From Cyanophora paradoxa CCMP329 (Eukaryota > Plantae > Glaucophyta), in contig QPMI01000220.1 in NCBI GenBank assembly GCA_004431415.1, forward strand, positions 62,001 through 126,000: a stretch of 64,000 bases of DNA, given 5' to 3'. The notes beneath the pieces are model-generated. The model had not been told where the DNA came from, ran no database searches, and was given only the letters and a program-made list of their open reading frames with translations. Positions 1 to 12,300 of the stretch are shown piece by piece. Numbering within the stretch: the stretch's first letter is position 1; each line of letters opens with the position of its first letter. A program made the translations under genes and the position numbers.

Positions 1-1407
<1,407 letters not shown>

Positions 1408-1794
1408 ACCTAGCCGTAGGAATGTTCTCCGGTGGAATGTAGCAGTAGTTGATCAAGTGCGCGGTGCTCCCGCTTGCGACGGTAGGTAGCGGGCGATCAA
1501 ATTCGAGGAGGGGGCAACTCTTCGCAGGGGTACACACACGAGGCTTAACATTTCGGGCGATTAGCTCCAGGCCGCTCCAGCGCACGTAGAAGCATAGGAG
1601 CCTTGGAGATAGCTTGTAGGATAGGAATCTGCATCTCCTGAGCGCACGCGTGGGCGAATCTTGGGAGGGACAGGTTTGGTGCAGCGACTCAGGTTAGCTG
1701 CGCGCGCCGGGAGGACGCAGATCCAGGAGCGCTAGATTTCCTGTAGCCAGCTTAGCAGGCAGGCGCTTGGCCGGCACGCTGCATCTCGCCCGAG

Positions 1795-4700
1795 ATGGCG
1801 GGGGTCGGCGCCTCGCCGTCTGTGGCCCTGCACTTCGGCCTGCTTGGAGAAGTTAAGGCCGGACGGTGAGCGCCCCTCCCTACGCGTTGCGCCCGGGAGG
1901 GGCTGACTTGGCTGCGACCGCTTGCTGCAGCACGGCCGTCCTTGAGCAGCTGAAGCTCTTCTGCGGGCGGCTCATACGAGGTGAGCGCTGCGTCCTTGCT
2001 GGCACAGCGGCCGGGCGCCCGCGGCTAGAGCGGCTGGCCCCCCGTCAAGCCCGCTCTCGCCGACGCCCTGGCTCCCAGAGCGGCCAGAGTTCAGCCACTG
2101 CGGGGATGACCGGGTCACGTACACGGCGGCAGTGTGAGCGCGCCTCCTTCCCGTCGCGGCTCCCGCCCGCGCAAGCTCTCGGCGCCACCTCACCGCCTCG
2201 CGCGCCGCAGCTGCGACCTGGACGACGACGTGGAGGAATCCGCGTCGTGGAACTCGTACCTGATTAACGTGCGAGCGCTCAGCCCGCCCGCCCAGCGCCC
2301 GCCCTGCTCACCGCGCGCCGCCCGCCCGCCCGCCCTCCCGCCCCGCCGGCAGTGCTTTGGCTTCATCTTCGTGATCAACAGCGCGAACGAGGACGGCCTC
2401 CCGCGCTGCCGGCGGGTCTTCCACGACCTGCTGCAGAACCCGCGATGCGCCCGCAAGCCCTTCCTCATGTGCGCGCGATGTCCCCGCCCTCGCGCCGGGA
2501 GGGGGCCGAGCGGGGCGGGGGCAGCCTGGCGAACAAGCAGGACCTGCCGGGGGCGCTCAGCGTGGCGAGGCTGGAGGAGGTCCTGCAGCTGGAGTCGGCG
2601 GCCCGGGAGGCCGGCGTCGAGGCGCGGCTGCTCGGCGTGAGCGCCGCGCCGCGGCCCGACGTCGAGGCGGCGGAGCGGGCGGCGAACGACGAGCGGATCG
2701 GGGACGGGCTGAACTGGCTGGTGGGGCGCGTGCGGGCCAACTACGGGGCGCTGCGGCGCAAGATCGAGCGGGACGGGGTGGCGGAGCAGCTGGCGGAGCA
2801 GCTGCGGGGCGCCCTGGAGCGGCGCGAGGTGCTCGCCGACGAGCTGCTCGTGGCGGACGTCCGCGCGCAGCTCGCCAGCGTCGAGTCCATCATGGCCCGC
2901 AACGGGCCCGCCGACCTCGAGCCCGGGTGCGGGGGCGGGGGCGGGGGCGGCAGCGGCAAGGCCCCCGCCTCGGCGGCGGTGACCGTCCCGGCCGCCCTCG
3001 CCGACCGCCTGCGCGAGGTCGCCGCCTCCGCCGCCTCCACGCCCCCCACCGCCGAGGTCCTCCTCCGCGAGAACGACGGTGCGCGAGGCGCGGGGGCGGG
3101 CGGGGCCGGGCCGGGCCGGCGTCGGGGGCGCGGCCTGACGCGCGCTTGCACACACACACACACACGCAGCGATGCGGACGCAGCTGTTCCAGCTGCAGAG
3201 CGAGCGGAGCGTGCTGCAGCGGGCGATCTCCGAGCTGCGCTGGGCCGTCGAGTACCGCAGCGGCCGCCTCGCCTCCGCCGCCGTCGACCACGACGGCCTC
3301 CAGCGCGCCGCCGACGCGGCGCGGCGCGAGGCCGAGGCGGCGCGGGCGGAGGCCTCGGCGGCGATCGAGCGGGCGGGGCGCGCCGCCGCCGAGCTCGAGG
3401 CCCTCCGCTCCGAGGGCTCCCGCTCCGCCAGCGGCGCCGCGCAGGCCAGGGCCCAGGTCCCCGCCCCGCCTTCCGCTGTGCCCGCGCGCCCCGCCGATGC
3501 CGGCGCCGCAGATGGACGCCCTGGTTACGCGGGTGGAGGCGGCCGAGGCGGCGCGGGCGGAGGCGGAGGCGCGGGCCGCGCGGAGCGCCGCGGAGCGGGA
3601 CGCGGCTCGGGCGGAGACGGCGGCGGCGCGGAAGGCGGCGGAGGAAGCTGCGGCGCGGCTGGAGTCGGCGCGGGGCCGGGCGGAGGAGGAGGCGGCGGCG
3701 CGCCGGGCGGCGGAGGAGGCGGCGGCGCGGCTGGAGTCGGCGCGGGGCCGGGCGGAGGAGCGGGCGGCGGGGGCGGACAGGGCGGGCGAGCTGCGCGGGG
3801 AGCTCGACTCGGCGCGGCGGGGCCGGGAGGCGGCCGAGCGGGAGCGGGACGAGGCGCGGCGGGGCCGGGAGGCGGCTGAGCGGGAGCGGGACGAGGCGCG
3901 GGGGCGCTGGAGGCGGCGCGGGCGACGCAGAGCGACGCGGTGGCGGCGCGGGACACGGCGCTGGCGTGGCACGGCGAGGCCGACGCCCGCGTCCGCGAGC
4001 TCGAGCAGCGCCTCGGCCACGCCCTCGCCGCCGCCGCCGCCGCCACCCAGGCCGCCCAGCAGGCCGCCGCCCACCTCTCCGTCGGCAGCCCGCGCCCCGG
4101 CGCCCCGCCGGCCTCGGCAGCGGCCGCGGCCCCGCCTCGCCAAGGCGAGCCGAGGCGGCCGAGCGGCGGGCGGCGGAGCTGAGCGAGGAGCTGCGGGCCG
4201 CCCGCAGCGAGCTGGCGGCGGCGCGGGAGGACCTTGGGCGGGTGCGCGAGCGCGCCCCCTCGGCACTCCACGCGAGGCGCGCCGGCGGCTCTGACGCGCC
4301 GCTCGTTCGCAGGCGCGGGAGGACGCGCGGGCGTCGGCGACGGAGCTCGGCTGGCAGCGCGAGAGCGTCGCCGCGGCGCGCGCCGAGGCGGAGGCGGCGC
4401 GGGCGGAGGCGGCGGCGGCGCGGGCGGAGGCGGAGGCGGCGGCGGGTCGGGAGCGGGCGGCGGAGGAGCGGGCGCGGGCGGCCGAGGCGCGGGTCTGGGC
4501 CGGGACCCCCGAGGGCGCCTCCGCCCTCCACGAGGAGGCGCGCCCCGCACGCCCGCCGCCTTGCCCCACTGCCCTGAGCCTGGGGCGCAGCTGGGGGAGG
4601 AGCGGGCGGGGCGGCTGAAGGCGGAGGCAGAGCGCGACGAGATGCGGCACATGGCCCGCGAGTTCCGCCGCAAGCTCGCGGTACCCCCCTCTCTCCCCCC

Positions 4701-5908
4701 CCCTTCGCGTTCTCCTTTCGCTGACGGGGCGACCCTCGGGGCAGGCGGAGCTGACGGGGCGGGACGAGTGGTTCCGGGCGCAGGTCCGCAAGCTGCGCGC
4801 CGAGTGCGCGGCCATCGTCGCCTCGGCGCCGGACCCCGCCGCCCCCGAGCGCGCCGCCTGGGGCCAGAAGTGGTCCGCCCCCCCTCTGCTTCCCCCCCGG
4901 CTTGCCTTCCGACGGGCCGTGCCTTCGCAGGAACTGGGCCTGGCTGATGGCCTCGATGGTCTCCGAGGCGGACGGCGCCCACTCCCACGCGTACGCTGCG
5001 GCGGAGGGCCGCTGGCGCGGGCGCGGCGCGTGGGGCCAGGGCCGCGGACACGGGCACGGGGCGGGCTCCTCGGAGCCCGAGTCGGACGGGGAGGGGGGCG
5101 AGGAGGCGGCGATCGCGCGGGCCCTGCGCGCCGCCCAGCGCGCCATGTCCCCCCAGAGGGAGGCGGCCCAGGAGTTCCCCCCCCGCTCCAACTCCTTCCC
5201 CCGCTCCTCCACGCCCAAGGGCGGGCTGGAGGGGGCGGGGGGGGCGGAGCTGGACCCGCGGGCGGCGCTGCAGCGGCGGCGGCAGCAGCAGGTGCAGCAG
5301 CAGCACCAGCGCGAGGCCGCCGCCGCCCTCTCCAGCGGCCGCTCCGCCTCGTTCTCCAGGGCCGGCGCCCCGCCCCCGCCCCACCCGCCCGCGGCTCCCG
5401 CGCCGCCCGCCCCGCCTCCGCCGGCGTGCGCCCGCAGGTCCTCTCCGTCCCGCACCCGCAGAAGCAGCAGCAGCAGGGCCGGCGGCGGCCCGTCTCCGCT
5501 GGCTCCCGCTCGCCGCCCCGCCGGCGCTCGCGCTCGGCGAGCCGCGGCGGGGCGCGGAGCCCGTCGCCGGCCGGCGGGCGCCCCGGGAGCCCCGGCCCCG
5601 GCCCCGCCTCGCCGCCGCCGACGGCGGCCATCCCGTCGGCGGTGCGGGCGGACCCGCGCACGGGGGCCCCCACGCTCTCCTCCTCGCGCTCGCACGTCCA
5701 CGTCCTCCAGCGCCTCTCGGGGGCCGCCAGCGGCTCCGACTTCGACCTCGACGGGCACGGCCTCGAGCGCGAGGCGCCGCCCTCCAGCTCGAGCTCGAGC
5801 GGGGTGCACCCGCCGGTCGCTGGCGCCCCACCCTCGCCGGCCCCGGCCCCGGCCCCGCGCCACACGCCCCTCGGCATCCCCATCCTCACCTCCCTCCACA
5901 GCCCGTGA
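1795..5908 (+). CDS. ARL13-like Arf-family GTPase domain (degenerate G1/G3) + long coiled coil + low-complexity S/R/P tail, multi-exon
   Basis: Spliced LHFGLLGEVKAGRT...CDLDDD..WNSYLIN|CFGFIFVINSAN...KPFL|LANKQDLPGAL...DERIGDGLNWLVGRVRANYGALRRKIERD resembles the ARL13 G-domain and following helix. EAARA-rich coiled coil follows. One apparent 1-nt deletion in a G-run near 3900; last exon ends ILTSLHSP*. Confidence 0.7.
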
Positions 5909-6735
5909 GCCGCCCCGGCGGCCCGGCCCCTGCATGGCCATGGCGGTGTACGCGCGCTCTTCATGTTCTTCTCCAGTCTGCTAGGCAAGGGGGCTAGAAC
6001 TACTAGATAGCTAGCGCTTTCTGGTGCTGTAGTTGCAGCCTGCAGGAGGTCTATAAGAGCCGAGAGTGATGCAATCACACGAATGCGAACATCTAGAATT
6101 GAGTTCTAGTCGAAATACAAATGTATCCAAACGGAATTCGAAATTGAATGCTGTCTGATGATAAGGAAGATCTCATGATCAAATGCAACACGATGCCGAT
6201 AGGACTCTCTCCGGCCGCGGGAGATTTATATGCGTGTGCGGGCCGCCAGCAGGCCTAGGTACGCGGCCGCGGCCAGGGAGGCGAAGACTCTGAGAGGAAG
6301 AGGGCCGAGTGCTGGGGCGCCGCGGCGGGGGCCGCGCTCGAGTTCAGCTGCGGCAGCGCCCCCGGAGCCACAGCGCTGCTCGAGGCGCGTCAGCCGTGAA
6401 ACCTTCGTGAAGCCTTAGTAAGCCTGCAGCTGAGAGTGCCGCAGTGCACGTGCACGTGTAGATCGATATCTAGAATCCTCCAAGTGATATTCGGATGCGG
6501 TGCGCGTGCGCGCCAAGCTTCCGTTTACTGCAGCTGCAGCTGCCGCTGGGCCAAGCGTTCACGTTCAACGGTTGGCGGCCCAAGCCCCGCATATGCATAT
6601 GCATGCATGCGCACGAGATCTAGACCCCGGGCCCCTCTTCGAGTTCGAATTCAAATCAAATGCCCCATGTGCACGCGCGCGCGCCTGCGACAGTGCGACG
6701 TCGACGGAACGCACCGCGTGCACACCCGTCTAATT

Positions 6736-9031
6736 CTATGCGCAGCAGTCTTTCTTGGGCCCGGCGGTCGGCGCCCCGCTCGAGCTCGAGCGCGGGGCGG
6801 GGCCCGGGTTCTCGCTGCTCGCCAGGCGGATCCTGTGCGAGGGCGCCGCCTCCGGACTCTCCGCCTCCGCCGCCGCCTGCGCCGCCTCCACCTGCCTGCG
6901 CCCCCCCTCCCGTCAGATCCAGATGCGCCCCAAAATTAAATCTCATCGCGATCAAATCACGATCCGATGATCAGATCGGGAGCGCCCACCGCCTGAGGAC
7001 GGTCCTCGCGAGGGCCGCGAAGGCCTCCTGGACGCCCTCCCCCGCCACCGCCGACGTCTCGAGGTAGGGCGCCCCCACAGAGTCCGCAAAGGCCTGCCCG
7101 ACGGCGAGGCCTAAGAAGGGCATCCAATTGCAATCCCATTTGAGGGGCGCGCGCCTTGGCGGTGGCGAAGGGGACGGTGCGGCGGTCCGCGAGGTCGCAC
7201 TTGGTGCCGACCAGGACGACGGCGGGGGCCCCCCGGCAGTGCTTCTGGATCCTCCGCAGCCACGTCTTCACGCTCCTGCGCGGCATCATGATCAGGCTTT
7301 AATTATAATATATTGAATCTCGAAGCTTAAGCTTCTTTCAGGGCACCTGAAGCTCTCGTTCTCCCCGCCCTTGTCGAAGCCGTGCGTGACGTCGAAGCAG
7401 ACGAAGACTCCCTGCGCCAGGCGGTAGTACGTGCCTGGGGCAATCGCGAGCCTCAAGGCGGGATCCGGAGGAGGGGCGGGAGGCAGGCAGGGCGGAGAGG
7501 GAGGGCGGGGGGGGAAGGGGCGGGCGGGGAGGGGGGAAGAAGGGAGCGGGAGAAGAGAGGGGCGAGGAGTGAAGGGGCAGCTGAGGGGCGGCTGACGGTA
7601 GGGAGACACCCTTATAATTAGGCGAAGGGCGGCCTTGGGACCTGAGCCGCAGGGGAGGGGGGAGGGAGGGGGGGGGGGAGGGAGGGAGGGAGGGGACTCG
7701 GAAGCTGTCGGAGGGGTAATTAAGGGGAGGGCGTGCCGGGGTTTGCCAAGTTCAAGAGAGGACGGGTTAGGGGAGCTCGAGCTCGCGATCGAGGGGCGCC
7801 TGGATTTGAGGAGGGAAGGGTCGGCCGAGGGGTTGAAAAGGTCGGAAAGGGGGAATTCGAAGGGGCAGAAGGCGAGACGGGGCCGGGGGCAGAATTCGAA
7901 GGGCGGAAGCTTAAGGGGGGGTGAGAAGGCTAAATTAAAGAGGGCGGCGCCGAGAACGGGGGCAGGGGAGGACGAAGATCTAGAGTGCGAACCTGTCTTC
8001 GCACTCTAGATCTTCGCACCCCCCCCCCCCCCCCCCCCCCCCAGGGCTCGAGGAAGGAAAGGTCGGGAAGGGGAAAGGGGATCGGAGGTATACGTGGCTC
8101 GGAAAATTTTTTTGAAGGGGGAGAAGGCGAGACGAGCGGGGGTGAGGAGGCCAATTACAAAGAGAGCGGCGACGAAAAAGAGGGCAGGGAATTCGAAGGG
8201 CGAAGGGTGCGAACTCGATATCTGGGCGAAGCGTTCCTGGCCGGCCGTGTCCCACTGCGCCCCGCCGACGGTCGAGAGGCCGCGAGGCTCGGATCCGGAG
8301 ATCTAGGGGGGACCGCACGACTTGCAGCTTGACTCGCCGGCCTTCGAGGTCGACGATGCGGTCCTTCTGCGCGGGCGGTCGCGCTCGCGATCGCGCGAGG
8401 GGTCCCGCCGCCCCCTCCGGCCGACTCTAGACTAGATCTGAGCGCTAGCGGCGGGCGCACGAAATCGACGCCGAGGGTGTTCTGGTGCAGCTTTAGAAAC
8501 TCTTCCGTGAAGTGGCCGTCCGGATCCTGCGAGTGCGCCAGCGGCTCTCGGCTTAAGCTTCGAAATTCGACGCGCCGGCGCCGGGGCCTCGAGCTCGGGC
8601 GCGCGGTTAGAATTCGAATCGCACCACGAAGCGGAGGAGGAGGCTCGTCTTTCCGACGCTGCTGTCACCGAGGAGCACGATCGAGAAGAGGAGATCGCTG
8701 CGGCGGAGCCGCGTGAGACGTCGACGCGGCGTACACGTACCGCGCGCGGCGCGCGCGCGCCGCGCGCGTTGTGTCAACGTCACGAAGTGGCGCGCGGCGC
8801 CACGCGGCCCAGAAGCCGAAGCCTAAGGAGGCACATCTTGATGTTTAAAACGCTCCGCACGCGGTTAGAGGCCTGCACGGCGCCGCGTTTGTCGGCGACG
8901 ACTCCCGCGGTTACGTATACGGCGCACCGGCCCCGCTAGCAGCTGCAGCTAGATCCAGAGCTAAAGCGGCGCATCTAGATACATGCGACGCCGCACTGCG
9001 GCACGGCGATCACGCACTAGTCACTCGCCAT
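6736..9031 (-). CDS. Divergent Rab-family small GTPase (Rab1/Rab8-like), multi-exon
   Basis: Spliced MASDY|DLLFSIVLLGDSSVGKTSLLLRFV|DPDGHFTEEFLKLHQNTLGVDF|KDRIVDLEGRRVKLQV|WDTAGQERFAQIS|STYYRLAQGVFVCFDVT..|SVKTWLRRIQKHCRGAPAVVLVGTKCDL..|AFADSVGAPYLETSA..|..GPKKDCCA*. C-terminal CC prenylation motif. Confidence 0.92.
7973..8016. repeat. Perfect 19-bp inverted repeat (hairpin, 6-nt loop) in the long Rab intron
   Basis: cgaagatctagagtgcgaa-cctgtc-ttcgcactctagatcttcg, followed by a poly-C run. Confidence 0.9.
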
Positions 9032-9364
9032 GGGTCGGCTGCGTTGACGTTCGGGGTACAGTCTCACCGATCGCGAGTCGTGCAGTTCTCCCCGCCGGCG
9101 CCGGTCTCGAGAAACGAGCAATATTAATATCGAAATATATTAATCATGATCAGTTGGCCGAAATCAAGATGGCCGGTGATATCGATTAACCAAAGAAAAT
9201 TAAAGAGGCACAGTATTTAATCTACCAGGCTACCTTTCCATGAGTCTAAACGCGTACGAATATCGAATACGAATACTGAAGTTGACGCAACTAAGCTTCA
9301 AGGCTGGGGAACTAAGGCGAGTTCGAAACGGCGGGCGGGCCTCGGCCCTCGGCCCCGGCGGGGC

Positions 9365-12300
9365 TCAGAGGGCGAGGGGCGACTTGAACTCGCCCTTCTT
9401 CTTGCCACCGGCGGCGCCGCCGGCCGAGCCCGAGCCCGAGCCCAAAGCGGCGCTGGAGCTGGCGGCCGAGCCCGAGGGGCCAGCCGCCAGCGCCGCCGGG
9501 GGCGGGGGCGGGGGCGGGGAGAGCGCGCGGGGGGCCTTTTGGGAGGGGGCGGAGGCCGGCTTCTGAGGGGAGAGGGCGCGGGGGCTCTTCGCGGGCAGGG
9601 CGCCGGCCGAGGAGGGCGGCGAGAGTGCGCGGGGGCCTTCTGGGGCAGGGCCCCCGAGGAGGGCGGGGAGAGGGCGCGGGGCGTGCGGGAGCCCTTCGGG
9701 GGCTGGACCGGGGCGGCCGCCGGGGCGGGGTCCTCCCGGGCCCCGGAGAGGGCGACGTGGGGCCCCGGTGGGAGGAGCCCGGGGCCGGGGGTCGGGGCCC
9801 GGAAGGTCCCGGGCCCCGCAGCAGGTCGAGGCCGACCGCCACCGGCAGCGCGAGCGGGTTCCCCGGCCGCTGCGGCGGCGGGGGCGGGGGCGGGGCGGGG
9901 CGGGGCGCCCGGGCGGGCGCGGCGGCCGCCCGCACTGCGTCCCGCTCGTGCGCCGGCGGGGCCTGCGGGGGCTTGCGGGCGGCGGGCTGGCCGGCGGCGG
10001 GGCCCTTGCCCTTGTCCGCCTTGGGCTTCTCCGCGCCCTTGCCCGCCGGCTTCTTCCCGTCGCCCTCGCCCTCGCCCTCGTCGCCGCCCTTCCGCCGGCT
10101 CTTCACCTGCTTCACGACCAGCTTCCCCTTCTGCGCGCGGCGTCAGGTCAGGCGCTTGCCGGCTAAAAGCATTTATAAAGCGGCGCGGACGGGAAAGCAG
10201 CGCGCGCTTAAAAGCACGTAAGCTTAGATCGCTTAGATAGCGCGCGGCAGCGACTTGCGGTTCAGAGCGGCGGGGGCGGGGGCGGGGGCCGTGCCTTCCA
10301 GTAGAAGTAGGCGACGACGAGCTGGGCGCCGGCGGTGACGGCGAGGCCGCCGAGGGCCGCCAGGTCGGCCAGCATGTCCAGCGCCGTTGCCCGGATCACC
10401 CGCGACACCTGACGCGAGGGGATCAATCTTTAGAGGAGGGGTGGGGTGGGGTGGGGTGGGGGAGGGGACCAGGAGGTAGACGGTGGCGAGGTCGAAGGCG
10501 GCGGTGAAGCCGACGACCTCGCCGCGGCAGGTCGGGTGCAGCAGGGGCAGCGTCAGCGAGCAGAGCCCGAACGAGGCGGCGTCGCGCTCGGCGGCGCGGT
10601 TGTCCGCCGGCTCCAGCGCCGCGTCGTACCGCGGCTCCCCGTCCGCCGCGTTCTCGAAGTGGATGGGCGTCAGGCTCTGCGCGCGCGGCGCGCGCGGCCC
10701 GCCCGCCCACTCAGGCGCCCGGAGCAGCCCGAGAGGACTCTCGAACTCAGCAGCGTGCTGTGCGCACCGAGGGGAGGCGGACGGGGACGGAGCCGCGGAA
10801 GACGTTCAGCTTCGCCTCCGCGCTCGTCGTCACGACGCCCACGATGGAGAAGTGGTTCGGCACCTGCCGGGCGGGCGCGCGCTAAGTAGGGCCCCGCGCG
10901 CGCCCCTCCGCCCGCCTCTGCGCGGCAACGCACGCGGACGACGTAGTTGACGGCGACGGCGAAGGCGAGGCGAGAAACGAGGCGGAAGTCGACGGAGACG
11001 TTCGCCGCCGCCGTCATCCGGCACCGCCCGCACCGCCACACCACGCTGCGGGGGAAAGCTTAAGCTAAGATCGCGCCAGAAACCACAAGGCGGGCGGGAG
11101 CGGGCGGACAAGCAGGACTTCTGGGCGGTGTTGTAGGTGGCGGTGAAGGCGGGGGCCGCCTCCCCGTCGAGGGGCGAGATGCCCGTCACGTCCAGGTACA
11201 CCCCCGCGTGCGCCTCGGGGCTCGCCCTGCGGGAGCGCTCAGCTCGAAGGGCGCTCGCTTTGGGGAGAGAGGAGGCGCGCACGTGGGGTCGAAGGCGAGG
11301 GAGGAGAAGGCGGGGCGGCGGGCCTCGCAGACCCCGAAGTAGCCCCGGAACGAGGCCGAGACCTGCCGCGCGGAGCGGCTCAGGCGGAGCAGGGGCAAGG
11401 CGGCGGGGTCGGGGAAGGGGGCGGGCCTCGAAGATGCCGGCGATCTCGGCGACGGAGGGCGAGGAGCCCGGCAGCAGCGACTCGATGATCTGCGCCCGGG
11501 GAGGTCAGAGCTGCAGAGGTCAAGGCGCGGGGGCGGGTGCGGGGGGGCGAGCCTGGTAGTTGGCGAGGGCGTACTGGAGGAGCACGAAGCAGACTGCGCC
11601 GCGCGCGTGCGCGTGAGGGCGCTGGAATAGGACGAGCGCGGGCGGCGGCGGGCGGGGGAGGGCGGGCGCGCCGGCGACGATGATGAAGCCGACGCCGATG
11701 ATCGTGAAGACGGCGCCCAGCACCGACTTGCTGCTCCCCTCTTCCTCCTCCTTCTTCTTGCCGCCCGCCTCCGCCGCCGACGCCTCGGCCTCCTTGCCGC
11801 CGGCGCCGGCGCCGGCCTTGGGGTCCTCGAGCCCCCTCTTGGCCCCGGGCATCATCTCCTCGAGGGACTTTGCCGGCGCCGCGGCCGCGGCCGCCGCCTT
11901 GTCGCCCTCCGCCTGCACCCGAGCGAGCGGCCACGCTCAGCAAAGGAGGAGAACTCTCTGAGAAGAAAGAAGATCCCACCTTCTTGGCGGCCTCCTCGAG
12001 GGCCTCCTGGTTCTCAGCGATGACGTCCGTGTAGAGGAAGTCGAGCTTCGCCACGCGCGCCGCCCGCGCCGCCCGCGCCTCCGCGTCCTTCGTCGCCTGC
12101 CCGCCCGCGGGGGCTCAGAAGCAGGAGGAGGAGAAGAGGGAGAGGAAGCGTCCCGGGGCCGCGAGAGGAGAAGTCGACGTGTTTATGTGCGTAGGAGGAG
12201 GGGACGGGGCGCGGGGCGCTCGCTCGCCTTGAGGTAGACGAGGATGGCGAGGCCGACGAGGACCATGGCGGCGCCGACGCCGGCGCCGATGAGCGTCATC

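Noticed and set aside
2352-6078. Very long ORFs (741-1066 aa) on both strands
   Set aside because: Low-complexity R/P/G/A shadow frames caused by stop-codon scarcity at very high GC. The real gene is spliced on the + strand. The same applies to most ORF-track entries.
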